From: Balanoglossus misakiensis
Lineage: Eukaryota; Animalia; Hemichordata
Reading direction: 5' to 3'
Length of the DNA stretch: 64,000 nucleotides
Assembly (NCBI GenBank): GCA_040954595.2
Contig: CM082579.2
Span: 11,025,625 to 11,089,624, forward strand
The notes under the pieces are model-generated. The model was not told the origin of the DNA and did no database searches. It saw only the letters and a list, made by a program, of their open reading frames with translations. Both the position numbers and the translations under genes were made by a program. Positions 26,785-38,327 of the stretch are shown here, piece by piece. The number at the start of each line of letters is the position of its first letter. Positions within the stretch are counted from its first letter, which is position 1.

Positions 26785-26852
26785 AATTTCACTTTCCAGT
26801 TGAAGACATAGCCTGTCACAAATAGCCCTAATCAGTCTTTAGAAAGTGAAAC
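26785..26852. promoter_or_regulatory. Two IRF/ISRE-like sites upstream of the LRR gene
   Basis: AATTTCACTTTCC (26785-26797) and GAAAGTGAAAC (26842-26852) both match GAAANNGAAA. Confidence 0.4.
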
Positions 26853-26959
26853 ACTTCGTACTGCAGCCATTCTCTTAACCGTTCATAATGTCGTTTTAAA
26901 TATTTGTTTCCTACCACAGATATCTCCCCACACGGCTATCTTTCTTTGCACCGAATGCC

Positions 26960-28141
26960 ATGGCTTGGATTAAATGGAAATCTGCTCTGGCACTGTTTAT
27001 TTTCTGTTCTGCGATCTATGAAACGAGAGGCTGTCCAGCTGAATGCTCCTGCATTGGATCTGTCGATTGTAGTTCTAGATCTTTGACAGACATACCGCCA
27101 GACATTCCGTACGACGCTCGGACCTTACGCCTCGACTACAACAACATATCAGCAGTTCCACCTCGAGCGTTCAGTTCACTGTCACAGTTGCTTCAATTGA
27201 ACCTCAACGACAATTCGATTTCGTCCATTTCGCACGAAGCGTTCCTTGGGCTGACCAGTCTAAATTATTTACACATTGACAACAATAGTTTAACAACAAT
27301 TCCTACCACTGTCTTTCATGATTTAGTCAACCTCTATGAATTAGATCTTCGAAACAATGCTCTGGTGTCACTATCACCTAACCAGTTCAATCATCTCCGT
27401 CGCTTGTATTGGCTTAATCTCGACAACAACAGACTGCACCGACCGCCCAACATTGGTGCTCTTAATAGTCTGCGTACATTATCACTTTCTCATAACTACA
27501 TTAACAGTTTTCCTAGCAACTACTTCAGTACATTAACTGATAATACAGGTAGAGTTCCTATTGAAACACTGGATCTCGGTTTCAACAACCTCAGCACGAT
27601 TCCAACATTTCAATCCGGTCTCAAGAATGACAGGTACGTCAAGTCCCGGATGAAGAGAGAATGGCCAAGTGACAGGAACAGGATTGTACTGAGTGGTAAT
27701 CCCATTCGCGCAATCGGTCCGGATGCGTTCAGTTGGATATCGGAAAGTTCTGACTACCCTCCGGGTGAGGTGTTATCATTACATCTTTCAGACATGGGTC
27801 TGGAGTACATTGATGATATGCCTTTCAGGAATTTATATTCATTCGATTGGATTGAGATTTATCTTCAAAGAAATCGGCTTTACACGTTAACAGAATCGGT
27901 CCTTTCTGCTATGTTTTTTAATCTGAGATATCCCGATTGGTATATAGACGTCATCGTTCACCTCGGCGACAATCCGTGGGTATGTGACTGCCGCCTCAAA
28001 CCACTGAGGCAATTTCTAGAAGAAATGCGTTTGGTCTTCTACTACTACTTCTACAGTACGGACAGTCTGAATGGCTTTATTTGTCAAATGCCACAACGTA
28101 CGCTGGTGTTCATTTCTCGGACATGTCAGTTGAAAATCTGA
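26960..28141 (+). CDS. Secreted leucine-rich-repeat protein (SP, LRRNT, ~10 LRR, LRRCT); truncated member of the LRR-Ig family, possibly pseudogenising
   Basis: Signal peptide MAWIKWKSALALFIFCSAIYETRG, LRRNT CPAECSC, LxxLxLxxNxL repeats, LRRCT NPWVCDCRL; single coding exon. The frame leaves the homologous path at ~28094. Confidence 0.85.
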   Translation: MAWIKWKSALALFIFCSAIYETRGCPAECSCIGSVDCSSRSLTDIPPDIPYDARTLRLDYNNISAVPPRAFSSLSQLLQLNLNDNSISSISHEAFLGLTSLNYLHIDNNSLTTIPTTVFHDLVNLYELDLRNNALVSLSPNQFNHLRRLYWLNLDNNRLHRPPNIGALNSLRTLSLSHNYINSFPSNYFSTLTDNTGRVPIETLDLGFNNLSTIPTFQSGLKNDRYVKSRMKREWPSDRNRIVLSGNPIRAIGPDAFSWISESSDYPPGEVLSLHLSDMGLEYIDDMPFRNLYSFDWIEIYLQRNRLYTLTESVLSAMFFNLRYPDWYIDVIVHLGDNPWVCDCRLKPLRQFLEEMRLVFYYYFYSTDSLNGFICQMPQRTLVFISRTCQLKI

Positions 28142-28402
28142 CGTGCAGCCAGGAGTTTTTTGAGCACGTAATTTGGACTGATGCAGTAGAAGGTGATGCG
28201 ATTGAACTGGAATGTAACGTTACGTTACCGGAATACCAGAACCATCAGTGTATTGGATAAATCCAAACGGAGAGATAATTAACACAAGTATCGCTACCAA
28301 CACCACAGACCAACCCGAAGATCCAATACTCTCTATTAAACTTTTGAAAACATACGGTAGCATCACTGTGACCTTCACAGTTTCTTTGGGTTTGGCCATC
28401 TA
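28094..28402 (+). pseudogene. Frameshifted LRRCT end and Ig-domain remnant of the LRR gene
   Basis: Alternative frames read TYAGVHFSDMSVENLTC...AVEGDAIELECNVT, then (after removing a gttac duplication at 28219-28228) GIPEPSVYWINPNG, an I-set Ig start. Confidence 0.75.
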
Positions 28403-28539
28403 GATGTAATCACATGTACATTTGACCTCTTAATCCCAATGTTTATGAACAGATTGAAGAAACACTGTCTAACTCAAAAACATTGTACAAGGGTACCCAT
28501 AGATGTTTTAACTTAACGTTGGTGTAAGATGTTCTATTA

Positions 28540-28850
28540 TATTATACCAGTATATTGATGGTGTAAATCACTCTATTTGATTGGTCGAGACACGGCACGT
28601 GACCGTGATATATTAGCCATATACCACAGTCATATATCATAGTTAAAGAAAATGCCTTTTTAAAATGTTTTATGCAAAGTTTCAATATACTGGCATAATA
28701 TAATAGCAATAAAACACCCCCAGCCATGGTATACCACTCGATTTTGACCAGTTCAACTCCATATACGCACTCGCTATCGCTCGTGCGTATATGTCGTGAA
28801 CTGGTCAAAATCTCGTGATATACCATGGCTGGGGGTGTTTTATTGCTTAA
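28540..28850. mobile_element. Non-autonomous element ending in a ~140-bp hairpin (28705-28847)
   Basis: agcaataaaacacccccagccatggtata...gtgcgtatat...tataccatggctgggggtgttttattgct; a related partial copy lies at ~14195-14650. Confidence 0.6.
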
Positions 28851-29406
28851 TTTTATCACATGTAGTTTCCTGCATAGAAAAAGTTTACACACAGGTAATG
28901 GCACTGCAGCTATGCACTATATCGACATTTTAATCGAGTCACAACAATGATTATTATTACTGCTTTGTTTGGTATAATGTGTAGATAATGTATCTGACGT
29001 CAACATGTTTTCAGATCTTACACTAAGCCACTGGGAGTATATATTTTACTGTAAAGTGAAAAACATTTCATAATATAAGGAAATACTTTCTATAATGTGA
29101 CATCAGATTTACAGAATGTTTTTTCTGTTAATTTAGACAACTAAGATGTCATCTATTTTCATTATATCTAATCCAGAAATATTCAGCACTACTTTTCAAT
29201 CGTGAATTTTTATTCATAGTATTGTCAAACATTGTATTTTTTTCATGTTTTATCAAAGATGGGTAGAAGTTTGTAAATTGGCTCTCTGCCAGCAACAAGA
29301 CAAGTCGTAAAGTCTATTTCTTTTTTCAAGTGTGATGACACTGGTGTACGTGTTTTGTGTGTGTGTGTGTGTGTGTGAAACGATAGTGCATGTGTACTGC
29401 AATATT

Positions 29407-29807
29407 GAGGGCGCCCTCGTCGCTATTCACTGATGATAAATCATGTAAATTATTTGAATGAAAAAATGTAGTAAAAAGAAAAATAACGACTCAATGAACG
29501 AAATAATGAATTGAGAAAATAATTCAATGATAATAGTCATCTGATATTTTATTCTCAAAAGGTAAATGTTTAAAATGTCAAATGTAAATGAAATAATTGA
29601 AATAATCATGTAAATTATTTTAACGAAAAACTTGAATAAAGAGAAAAATAATGACTTAATCGAAAAAACACGAATTCAAAAAATAATTTAATGATAAAAG
29701 AAACCGAAGTTATCAAATAATTGCCCATTAATTGCAAAGTCATGATGAAATGTGTTTTAGCAATGAACTTTCATTTTGAATGCCATTTCGACGACGACGG
29801 CGCCCTC
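29407..29807. mobile_element. MITE with GAG...CTC termini and an internal two-copy AT-rich repeat
   Basis: GAGGGCGCCCTCGTCG ... CGACGACGGCGCCCTC; internal ~165-bp diverged direct repeat starting aatcatgtaaattattt. No clear TSD. Confidence 0.5.
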
Positions 29808-29924
29808 ATCACGTCTGGCCCTCATCAACCTTTACAGTGCCCGGCTAAGGCTTGGCTAATATTGCATTTGATGTTTTCTTCCACTTTTAAACATTGGTTT
29901 TCACGGACAACATACTAGTATTCT

Positions 29925-30130
29925 ACAGAACAATCTAGATTTTTCGACATCTTTTATTTGGTATCATTATTATTTGCATAATTAACTCCGCCTCTATGTA
30001 ATGACGTCATGTGACCCTCCATGACACGTATATAAATACAGTACCGACGACCATTACAACTCGCATAGCACCATTCAGTGCATTGATAACCGACAGTCGC
30101 GTTAACAGTACAGTTTTCTCGAATATTTGT
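29925..30130 (+). promoter_or_regulatory. ZFAND2 promoter: CRE palindrome, TATA box, degenerate HSE-like motifs
   Basis: ATGACGTCAT 30001-30010; TATAAATA ~30031; GAAcaATCtaGATttTTC 29928-29945; TTCtcGAAtaTTT 30116-30128. Confidence 0.45.
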
Positions 30131-30143
30131 AGTAGACGTTGCG

Positions 30144-30584
30144 ATGGAGTTTCCAGATCTGGGAAAACACTGTAGTGAATCAAGTTGTAAACAACTGGGT
30201 AAGATTGAACTCTCAACGATTTTTCACTGCCTGAATGCCTCGACTCGATCGAGACAAGATGTGTAATTTCAGTTCAGTTGTGTAAGGTTTTAACAGTAAA
30301 TACGTAAAGCAGACTGTTGTTACAAATATATATTTGTCATTCTAGTGGTGTTAACTTTGAACAGCAACATGCGAGTCTCAGTCTACAGATAGTTGCGCAC
30401 CAGACCACGATGATTAAGGGCTTTTGAATGAAAATCATCAATATGGCTGACGATCCGTTATTTACTTCCGGTTATTCACTAGATGAGAAATCACGAATTT
30501 TTATCGTTGTATGTTTACATCGATTATGTTCTCTTTCACAGATTTCCTGCCAATGAAATGTGATTCTTGTCAAAAGATATTTTG
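30144..30584 (+). CDS. ZFAND2: AN1-type zinc finger protein 2 (AIRAP/AIRAPL family), exons 1-2 only
   Basis: Exons 30144-30198 and 30542-30584 give [33 protein letters not shown], matching the ZFAND2A/B N-terminus as I recall it. No downstream ZFAND2 exons were found. Confidence 0.85.
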
Positions 30585-31261
30585 GTAAGTCAATGATAGT
30601 GTCTGGCTGTGTAATCATTTCTGAAAACTTTCTAGTTTTCACAGTTCTGTCTGAACTTTAAAACTATGTACTGTGTACCTATTGGACAAATTCAGCTGAT
30701 CACCCTGACGAACGTCTGTCGTCAGTGTCATGACTAATCCGGCCTGCAGTGTATTCAGTTTGGAGCTATTGTTAAGTGATTGTCATGGCAGCTAGCTGTG
30801 CTAAAACGAAACAAAACTATGGTTTCACCATATATGCATCCCTTCATCAGTGGTTCCCCATTTGGCAAAACATTTCCCCCTGATGACAAGTTTGCATGTT
30901 AACTCTCTGTGGCAGGTCTGTGTGTTGTTACCAGTTATGGTTGGAGTCACACTAACAGCCAGTATTAAAGGTATACGGTCACCTATGGAAAATTAGCTAT
31001 AGTTACCATGGCAAATTGAGACCTAGCCAATCACAGATTTTCAGTGGGTGGCACACACGAAAAAAAAAGAGCGCCACCATATGTTCTTTAGAACACTCAA
31101 ATACGCCATTTTAGCCATATATGGGCGTATGTAAATTGCTAGGTGACTGTATACCTTTAATAGTCCGAACAGTTTTCCTAAAACATGCTGGAAGTTTGGT
31201 GCGCGATGTACCTGCAGGTAATACTGTCTCAGTGAATTTCACCAATCCTCTTTCTTTGCAG

Positions 31262-32046
31262 CGTGACAGGAAAGTTGTGTGCGGCACAGGAGATGGTGTC
31301 CTGAATATTTTCAACTGGTCTGAGTGGGGAAATATCAGCGATCGGTTCCCAGGTCATCCTTTGTCTATCGACTGCATGATACCAATCACAGATGATATCA
31401 TATGCACTGGGTCTTTAGATGGCATCATCAGGTAATGAGGGTCAGTCTATTTCCATCACATGACAGCTGCAGGGTGTTTGATACAAGAATCTATCATGAC
31501 TGAGGGATTTGACCTGCAAAATACCAGTCAATGCAGTTTGCAATTCATTTCTACACCAATGTTGCAGTGGCACCAGTCATACTACATTATCAAATTCATT
31601 GTCCGTTTAATTGTGAATGTCCTTCATCATCAATATTATGGTCAGAGATGACCATCCCTCGTGCAGGCTAAATATCATGATATTGCCCTCGCTTATCATG
31701 TGTTATAATTTGACTATTGTTCACTCGATGGCAATACATCAGTCGTTGTTATTTTTTTCTTCAATTTTGTTTTTTCAGGGCTGTTCACGTTCTGCCCAAC
31801 AGATTCTTAGGTGTTGTTGGAGAACATGAAGACAATCCTATTGAAAGCTTGGCTCTTTCCCATGATGCTTCACTGTTGTTTAGCAGCTCCCATGATCAGA
31901 AAATCAAATTCTGGAATGTCAGTGACTTGGACAAAATCGATGTAGACCCGAGAGAGAAAGTGAGAAAAAGGAAAATGAAAAACAGGAAGTTGAATACAAC
32001 CGGAAAAGTTCAGGAAGACTTTTTTGCTAATCTTGTGGGAGATTAG
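31262..32046 (+). CDS. WDR55: WD repeat-containing protein 55, last two exons only
   Basis: Exons 31262-31431 (KVVCGTGDGVLNIFNWSEWGNISDRFPGH..SIDC) and 31779-32046 (AVHVLPNRFLGVVGEH..SSSHDQKIKFWNV..EDFFANL*). No upstream WDR55 exons were found in the window. Confidence 0.85.
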
Positions 32047-32303
32047 GGAAGTTTACAGCTGGAATTTTGACCCAATTTGTATTATTTAATATGTAGCAGA
32101 AATATTTGAACTTTTTATTCAAAGCATTGTACAAATGTTTATTTCTGATATGATTGAAAAATTTACAATGACGTCTTTAGAATAAAGCAACCGGTCAAAA
32201 ATTCAAACAACGTGCATTTCTTTCATTTTGTCTTGCTCTGCATGATAGTCAGAGTAACGGTATTCTATTAAACTATTAAACTGTTATTCTGACACAAATT
32301 CTA

Positions 32304-32518
32304 GGATATGAGAGAAAAAATCTCGCCAAAATGAATAAATGGTAAACACCGATTATTCATTTTGGGCAAGTTTTTACTCTCATGTCTACAAGTGGGAAGG
32401 AAGTTGTGTGTGGTTGAACGTTGATTCACTATATATCCACATGTAGAATAACATAAACGGTGTCTTGTATCAAACATAATTAATGGAAAAAGGGCAGCGA
32501 GAGAGAGACTTTGTCCCT
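32304..32518. mobile_element. Half copy of the TTAA-type MITE at 55599-55946
   Basis: Near-identical to the right arm of 55599-55946; ends ...gactttgtccct-ttaa. Confidence 0.75.
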
Positions 32519-33909
32519 TTAACCCCTTGACAACCAATACCTATGTAATCATATATACCAGAAATACCATACATGTAGATTCCAGTTAGATTATGATGTT
32601 TATTTATGGCACTTGAGGTACACCAGTATAACTAATAAAGCTGTTATTTTTTCCCGGCAATCAAAGTTTATTGCACATGCATATTTCGACAATAATTTGA
32701 CTATTTAAGTAATTCACTTAAATCTGACAAAAGTAAGAAAACATATTTCGGCTGGGATGTTTGTGGTGATCAGCAATGCATCTAGTTTCAATGACACTGC
32801 CAGCTTTGGTACTCTTCCTAAATGCCTGTGAAAGTCTAGAAATCAAAATTACTCCTGGGAAGTCCTCAACTCAATAAATGTACTCTTGTGACTGATGAGA
32901 AAGGTGAGTAAGTTACCATTTTACATTTTGTATCAAAAAATGTCAAATGCTCTGATTAGAAGATTTCAAATGCAGTTGAATGAGAAACAAACTTGTGAAT
33001 TTCCAATCTGATTAAAATCAGATGTAGAGATCAGATTGGTGAACTTCATTCTCTCATCCGTTAGCTGTACTGCACATCTTTGCCAGATTAATTCATGGGT
33101 TCTACTATTGAAGTAACATGAAACAAGTATTTTGGCCAATCGAAAGTCTGTTTTTGTCATTACCGGTAAATACATACTAATAAATTGCACATTTGTTAAT
33201 TGCACAAACATACAGTGACAATTTCAATCCAGAAGTCGGTGATACAAAGATCAAAATATCACAAACACTTATTAACGTTCAAAAATGTCCTGAGTGGAAG
33301 TGTTCTTTGAAAAAAAATATCTGAGAAATTGCTTACAGTGACTCTGTTTAGATCTTGTGAGCTTTGCTCTGGCATTTGATACAATTCAATTAGATTTTTG
33401 CCGTTTGTTGCAAACGGATGAGATTTTCCTTTATTGCACATCATTGCTGAGAAGTAACTGGAAAGGTTCATGGTTTTGTGTCCACATGCTAGCTGAACAA
33501 TAATATGGCTTAATATAGCACTTTATAACTAAGTCATGTTTAAAGGCCCATGAACTGCAGCTCTATGAATCATAATTTGCCAATCTCAAAAAGTTTTCTG
33601 AAGATATTCCAAGTATTCTACGATTGCTACCCATTCATTGATTTAACTATAATGTATGTCATGCAGGCTGGACAGTAGTTTATAGGTTACACTTCACTTT
33701 TTGGACCTATTCATGTGTTTGGATAGAACACACACCAGAGGTTCCTTCAGGTTGATTTGTCATCAGACTGTCCTAATTAATCTGCTTCTGTTCAATTATA
33801 TTCAGTAATTATATCTACACAGAGAGGGTTCCAAGCACAAAATCATTCATTTCAGGTACATGATCAAGACATTAAAGTTTTCTTTCCATTTGCTTTTTTG
33901 TCATATTAA

Positions 33910-34126
33910 AGGCAATAGATCGTCTCACGCGCATGCGCGTAACTTCCATTCAAATAGTGGACTGCCTTTGCTTCCTTGTATATTACATGCGCACCGTATA
34001 AGTAGATTCTGGTTTTGTCCCTCCTTTTTACCCAAGCTAGTGTCTTTTCCCGATCTCCGACACAGATTATGGTCGCTGCCATCAGCGGCTACAGCTGGAA
34101 CATGCGTGTGAGACGAGCTAGGCGCT
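33910..34126. mobile_element. Old TTAA-flanked MITE (Kolobok-like)
   Basis: ttaa-AGGCAATAGATCGTCTCACGCGCATG ... CATGCGTGTGAGACGAGCTAGGCGCT-ttaa. Confidence 0.55.
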
Positions 34127-34372
34127 TTAAACAGATATTGTCACAATGGACAGAAGTCAGTTCCATACATTCCAATGGGTGGTAACCATGTTGTGGCAAT
34201 AAACTTAATAATACTTGCATACATATCGTTCAGTATCTACGCGAACTAATTTTAGTTTAAGCATAAAATAATGCCAAAAGTGACAACTTGAAAGTCTTTA
34301 TCTGCGCAGTCCCTAAGGTAGTTGCCGGCAGTCATAGAGCACTGTAGTGGCACACACTGGTTAGTCTGTCGA

Positions 34373-37112
34373 TTATTCTCTTTTTAGGGAGTTACTCATG
34401 TCCAATGTGAAATCAAACTGTTGTGGTATATCTCGTACTTGAACTCCTCCAAAGACGAATTCCTTTTCGATGACGTCACACGCTTCAGCAACATGGAAGG
34501 CAATGTTGGAGATGATCACGATATACTCGAAGAACGCATAAAATGTGTAAACTGCAATGGAAGCAAAATAATGAGATGCGCTGGTTAGTTTTATCACAAG
34601 TTTTGTCAAATGTCTGAAAAATTAACAGCCTTTTGCAGGATATGTATCATTTGAAGATGGCTAATGTTTCTTTGTGAATCAATTTGATTATCTCCATGCT
34701 TTACTGTGTAGTCAGGTTTTTGAATTGTCAAATATTTCATGAAAACACTATTGTCCCATTTGACAAAAATAGAAAATACTTACTGCCAGGTTCACAGTAC
34801 CAATTATGTCGGAAGTAGAAATAAAGACTGATGAAAAAAGAGGAAATGTTGACAAGAAAGAGGCCCACAAGTCTGAACTGCTGTTGACGCTCCTTAAAAT
34901 GAAAAAAGAAGAAGATATTTTTGAACAGGGTTAGGAAAATCATCAAAAAGTCATATTGAATTTACATAGGGTTGTATGAATGGCTTATACATGCTGAAAG
35001 TCAACACAGAAAATTCCGAGACTTTCCAAGAAAATTGGCAGGGCTACCTATTCCAGGAGTCTTTGAGATCAACATGGTTATTTTCCAGGAGTGATTGTAC
35101 AGTATTTTTGCTGACAAGTTTTTCAAGTCCACCAACAATTTTATAATGTAACAGATTGAAGATGAACATTTTCCCCCCTAAAACTTCACGGAGAAAATTT
35201 TATTTTCCAGGATCTTCAAAAACAGTCCAGAAGTATTTTCAAATTCAAATACTCGCCGGGATATTCTATACAAACTCTGTCAGTCTGGGATAAGTGGTTC
35301 AAAAATGAACCATTATACCATAATTTGTTGTTATAACCATTAGTTTGTATATGTTACATCAGTTGAACCAAGTCTATCATTTCTATTACTGAAGGAAAAT
35401 CATCTTCTGCCAAGCGTGTGCATGAAGACATATACTGATGAATATTGTGGATGAAATTTGAGCTACCATGGTCTATCTTGATATGTAGAATCTTCATGTA
35501 TTTTTACAGAAATAGTAAACTACCACCTACCTCTCGTTTGAATTTCATCCATAGTTTCCTTCTCGATAGAAAGTAGAGTATAGACATTGCACACATGTAC
35601 ACCAATGATGTCACCATGAACGAGATAAAGCAGACTTCATGCACCTCTGTGGAAATTAATAAGCACGCAAGATTTAAGTCTACACGCATCAATCTTTTTT
35701 ATTGAAATTGGAAAACAACTTTGTTGCGATTTTTGGCACCGTGCTTGCCTCATATGTTGTATGGTCCAAGAAAGAGGTGACTGACTGCAAAACAATTTAG
35801 TTTTCTGTGGGTCTCACAACTATTCTCAGGGTTAATCTATTGTTCACATAGCCTCTGTATAGACTCTGGTGGACCTGCCTTGACTATTTGTCATGCAGCC
35901 ACACTACTACGTCACTGGTCAGTTGGACAAGCTTGATCTCAATTAGGCCACGGATCTGAGCAATAAAATCTGGTAGTTCTGAAGCTAGCTCTAGTTGTGA
36001 ATTTGAGCACTCCCAGCTGAGAATGGCAACTGAAATAAATTTGATGAAAATATTCAAATGAAGAAAAGAAATAGAATAAAGAAACAAGGAACAGGAAAGA
36101 CAAAGTTTTAAGTAGAAATGTTGTATACTATCAATGCAGCATGAACCCAAGAATTCTGGTTGATTTCTGGATTATTCATCAGCAAGAATTCAATTCAACT
36201 TACGCATGTTATCTGATGATGACACTACAGTGAGTCCAAGCAATGACAAGATTTCAATTGCTTGAAGTGAAAATGTTGATATGCAGAGCCACGACCACAA
36301 CCATGATGACACGTGGACTTGGTTTGTCTTCTTGTAGTAGTCATAATACACTGATATCAGAAACAGCCTGAGTGTTGTATGTAGAGCAATCCCAAACCTC
36401 CAGATGTAACTCTGTGGCGCCAAAGAGATAGCTGCACTCACTGTTGGAAGGTAGTTTGCCACCTGGAAAACAATAGAGGAAAAAGTGATCTTGACGTTGA
36501 CACTTTGCTCACCCCCCTTTCACCTCCATGGTTCAGTCCAAACCCATTGCTTCCTGTGGTAAAGTTGGACCTCTAAAGAGGGAACTGGGGGTGAAACAGT
36601 TAAACTGAAATGTAAACCACGTGTGTACTCAACAGAGCAATGTATGAGGGACAGGCAATGATCATGGTTTAATCGTCACTGTCAAGTGCGGTACAGTATT
36701 TTCCTGTCCTTGTGTGACTGACAACATTTGTAGAATGGCAAATTGCAATGTTGAATGAATGTGTGGTGCAAACAAATTTTCAGTGCAATGCACTACATTG
36801 CCTAAGCAAGTGAGTTAGAGAGTTAATATTTTAGATTTCAGTTTCTACAGAGTAGCTCCTTAACAAAGTCTGTCAATAATCTTCTGTCATTTCACTGTTA
36901 AATCAGCAATCGGGATCATAGTCCAAGCTTACCCTACAGTGTGTTCCAACAGCTCTCTCAAAATCCAGAAGAAGACTCAACGCAACACAAACTGCAAAAG
37001 ATGAAAGTGGTAGAGCAACTGCTGTCATCAACACCGACCGAAATGACAGTCGAATTAGACCTTCTTGTTGAACCAATGCGGGTCGACTCCTTCCCATAAT
37101 TCTTCCAGCCAT
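34373..37112 (-). CDS. PGAP2: Post-GPI attachment to proteins factor 2 (Frag1/DRAM/Sfk1 family)
   Basis: Phase-consistent exons 37112-36933, 36462-36204, 35646-35531, 34892-34784, 34551-34373. Motifs THCRVANYLPTVSAAI, PQSYIWRFGIALH, VSSSDN..VHE, YFRHNWYCEPG.YT.YAFFEY, NIAFH. Confidence 0.92.
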
Positions 37113-38327
37113 CCTTCTTCACTCCAAAATATCACTAAGTTAGCCGGTCCACAGTCCCAGATTACCCTTCAAAGCAAACCAAAGACAATTTTTCGAGGTT
37201 TAGAACTGATGAATGATTTAGATATGAAGTTATGAAATGTACTCTGGTACTTTATTAATAACATACCCGTCCTCTAATGAAATGTATAGTGACAACATGG
37301 ATATAAGCAAACATGTTAAGCAAATAGGGACAAGGTTTTGTATGTGCATGGTACTTTTACTAGATAAATACAGTTATGTAAGATAAAACTATTGAGGTTG
37401 AATGCAGACCAATTGCCTGTATCATGATCACCATGTCGCATACTTTACTACACAGTGACTTAAATAATATGGCCTAGGAAAATAATGCTGGGAAGAACGA
37501 TTAAATTCATAACATATGTTTAAAAGCCAGGGCAATATCATGATTTTAGTCTGCACGAGGGATGGTTATCATGATCCGGGATCATGATGGAGTGGAACAT
37601 GATGCAGTGATGATGAATTCATCCATCCATCCAAGATCGTCCAATGAATGGTCGGTGACGTACGGAGGGAAAGACTTTCCAGATCGACATCACTCCAATT
37701 ATTAAATTCACATACATGCCTTGACCACCTTCAAAAAATGTTAGTCACTACCTACTAGTACCTAGCTGCAGTTCCGTCTACTCTAGCTCTGCATACACAT
37801 GATAGAGGTCTGTGTGTTCCCGGGAATTAACACACAGACCTGTACCAGTGTACGCAGTGCAACGTCTACACTCTAACACACGAATCTCCAGTGGGGGAAA
37901 ACACGGCTACTGAACTGCAGCAGTCACTAATGTTCGAGACATGCAAGCTTTACTGAATGAAACAATGTAATGTCACTCACAGAGACGGAAGCACTGCTTT
38001 CTCCCTGACCTCAAAAGACCTATGCAATCGGAAGGTTGTCTGTAGTTTATCAGTATTACGTAACAATCATAGCCGGATACAAAGTGTAGGAAAAGATGAA
38101 TACCACTGGCCGCGGATTTGTAAACGTGTTCGGATTGCACTCACGTTCGCATAATAATTATTGTCCATTTAACTCGACAACTTATCAAAATCTCTCAGAT
38201 TTCATAATCAAGAAAGATAAACTTTTTCCCTTTAATGCAGTGATTGGATATCATAATACTGTAAAACACTTTATTTTTGCGAGCAATCCGAACACGTGTA
38301 CAAATCCAATGCTGGTGTGCAGGAAAC

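Noticed and set aside
24109-26900. Downstream 7TM or polycystin TM exons for the GAIN gene
   Set aside because: No hydrophobic, splice-flanked exons were seen; only microsatellites and LRR relics.
30144-32046. Functional in-frame ZFAND2-WDR55 fusion protein
   Set aside because: Phase-2 donor versus phase-0 acceptor gives an early stop; no bridging exon was found.
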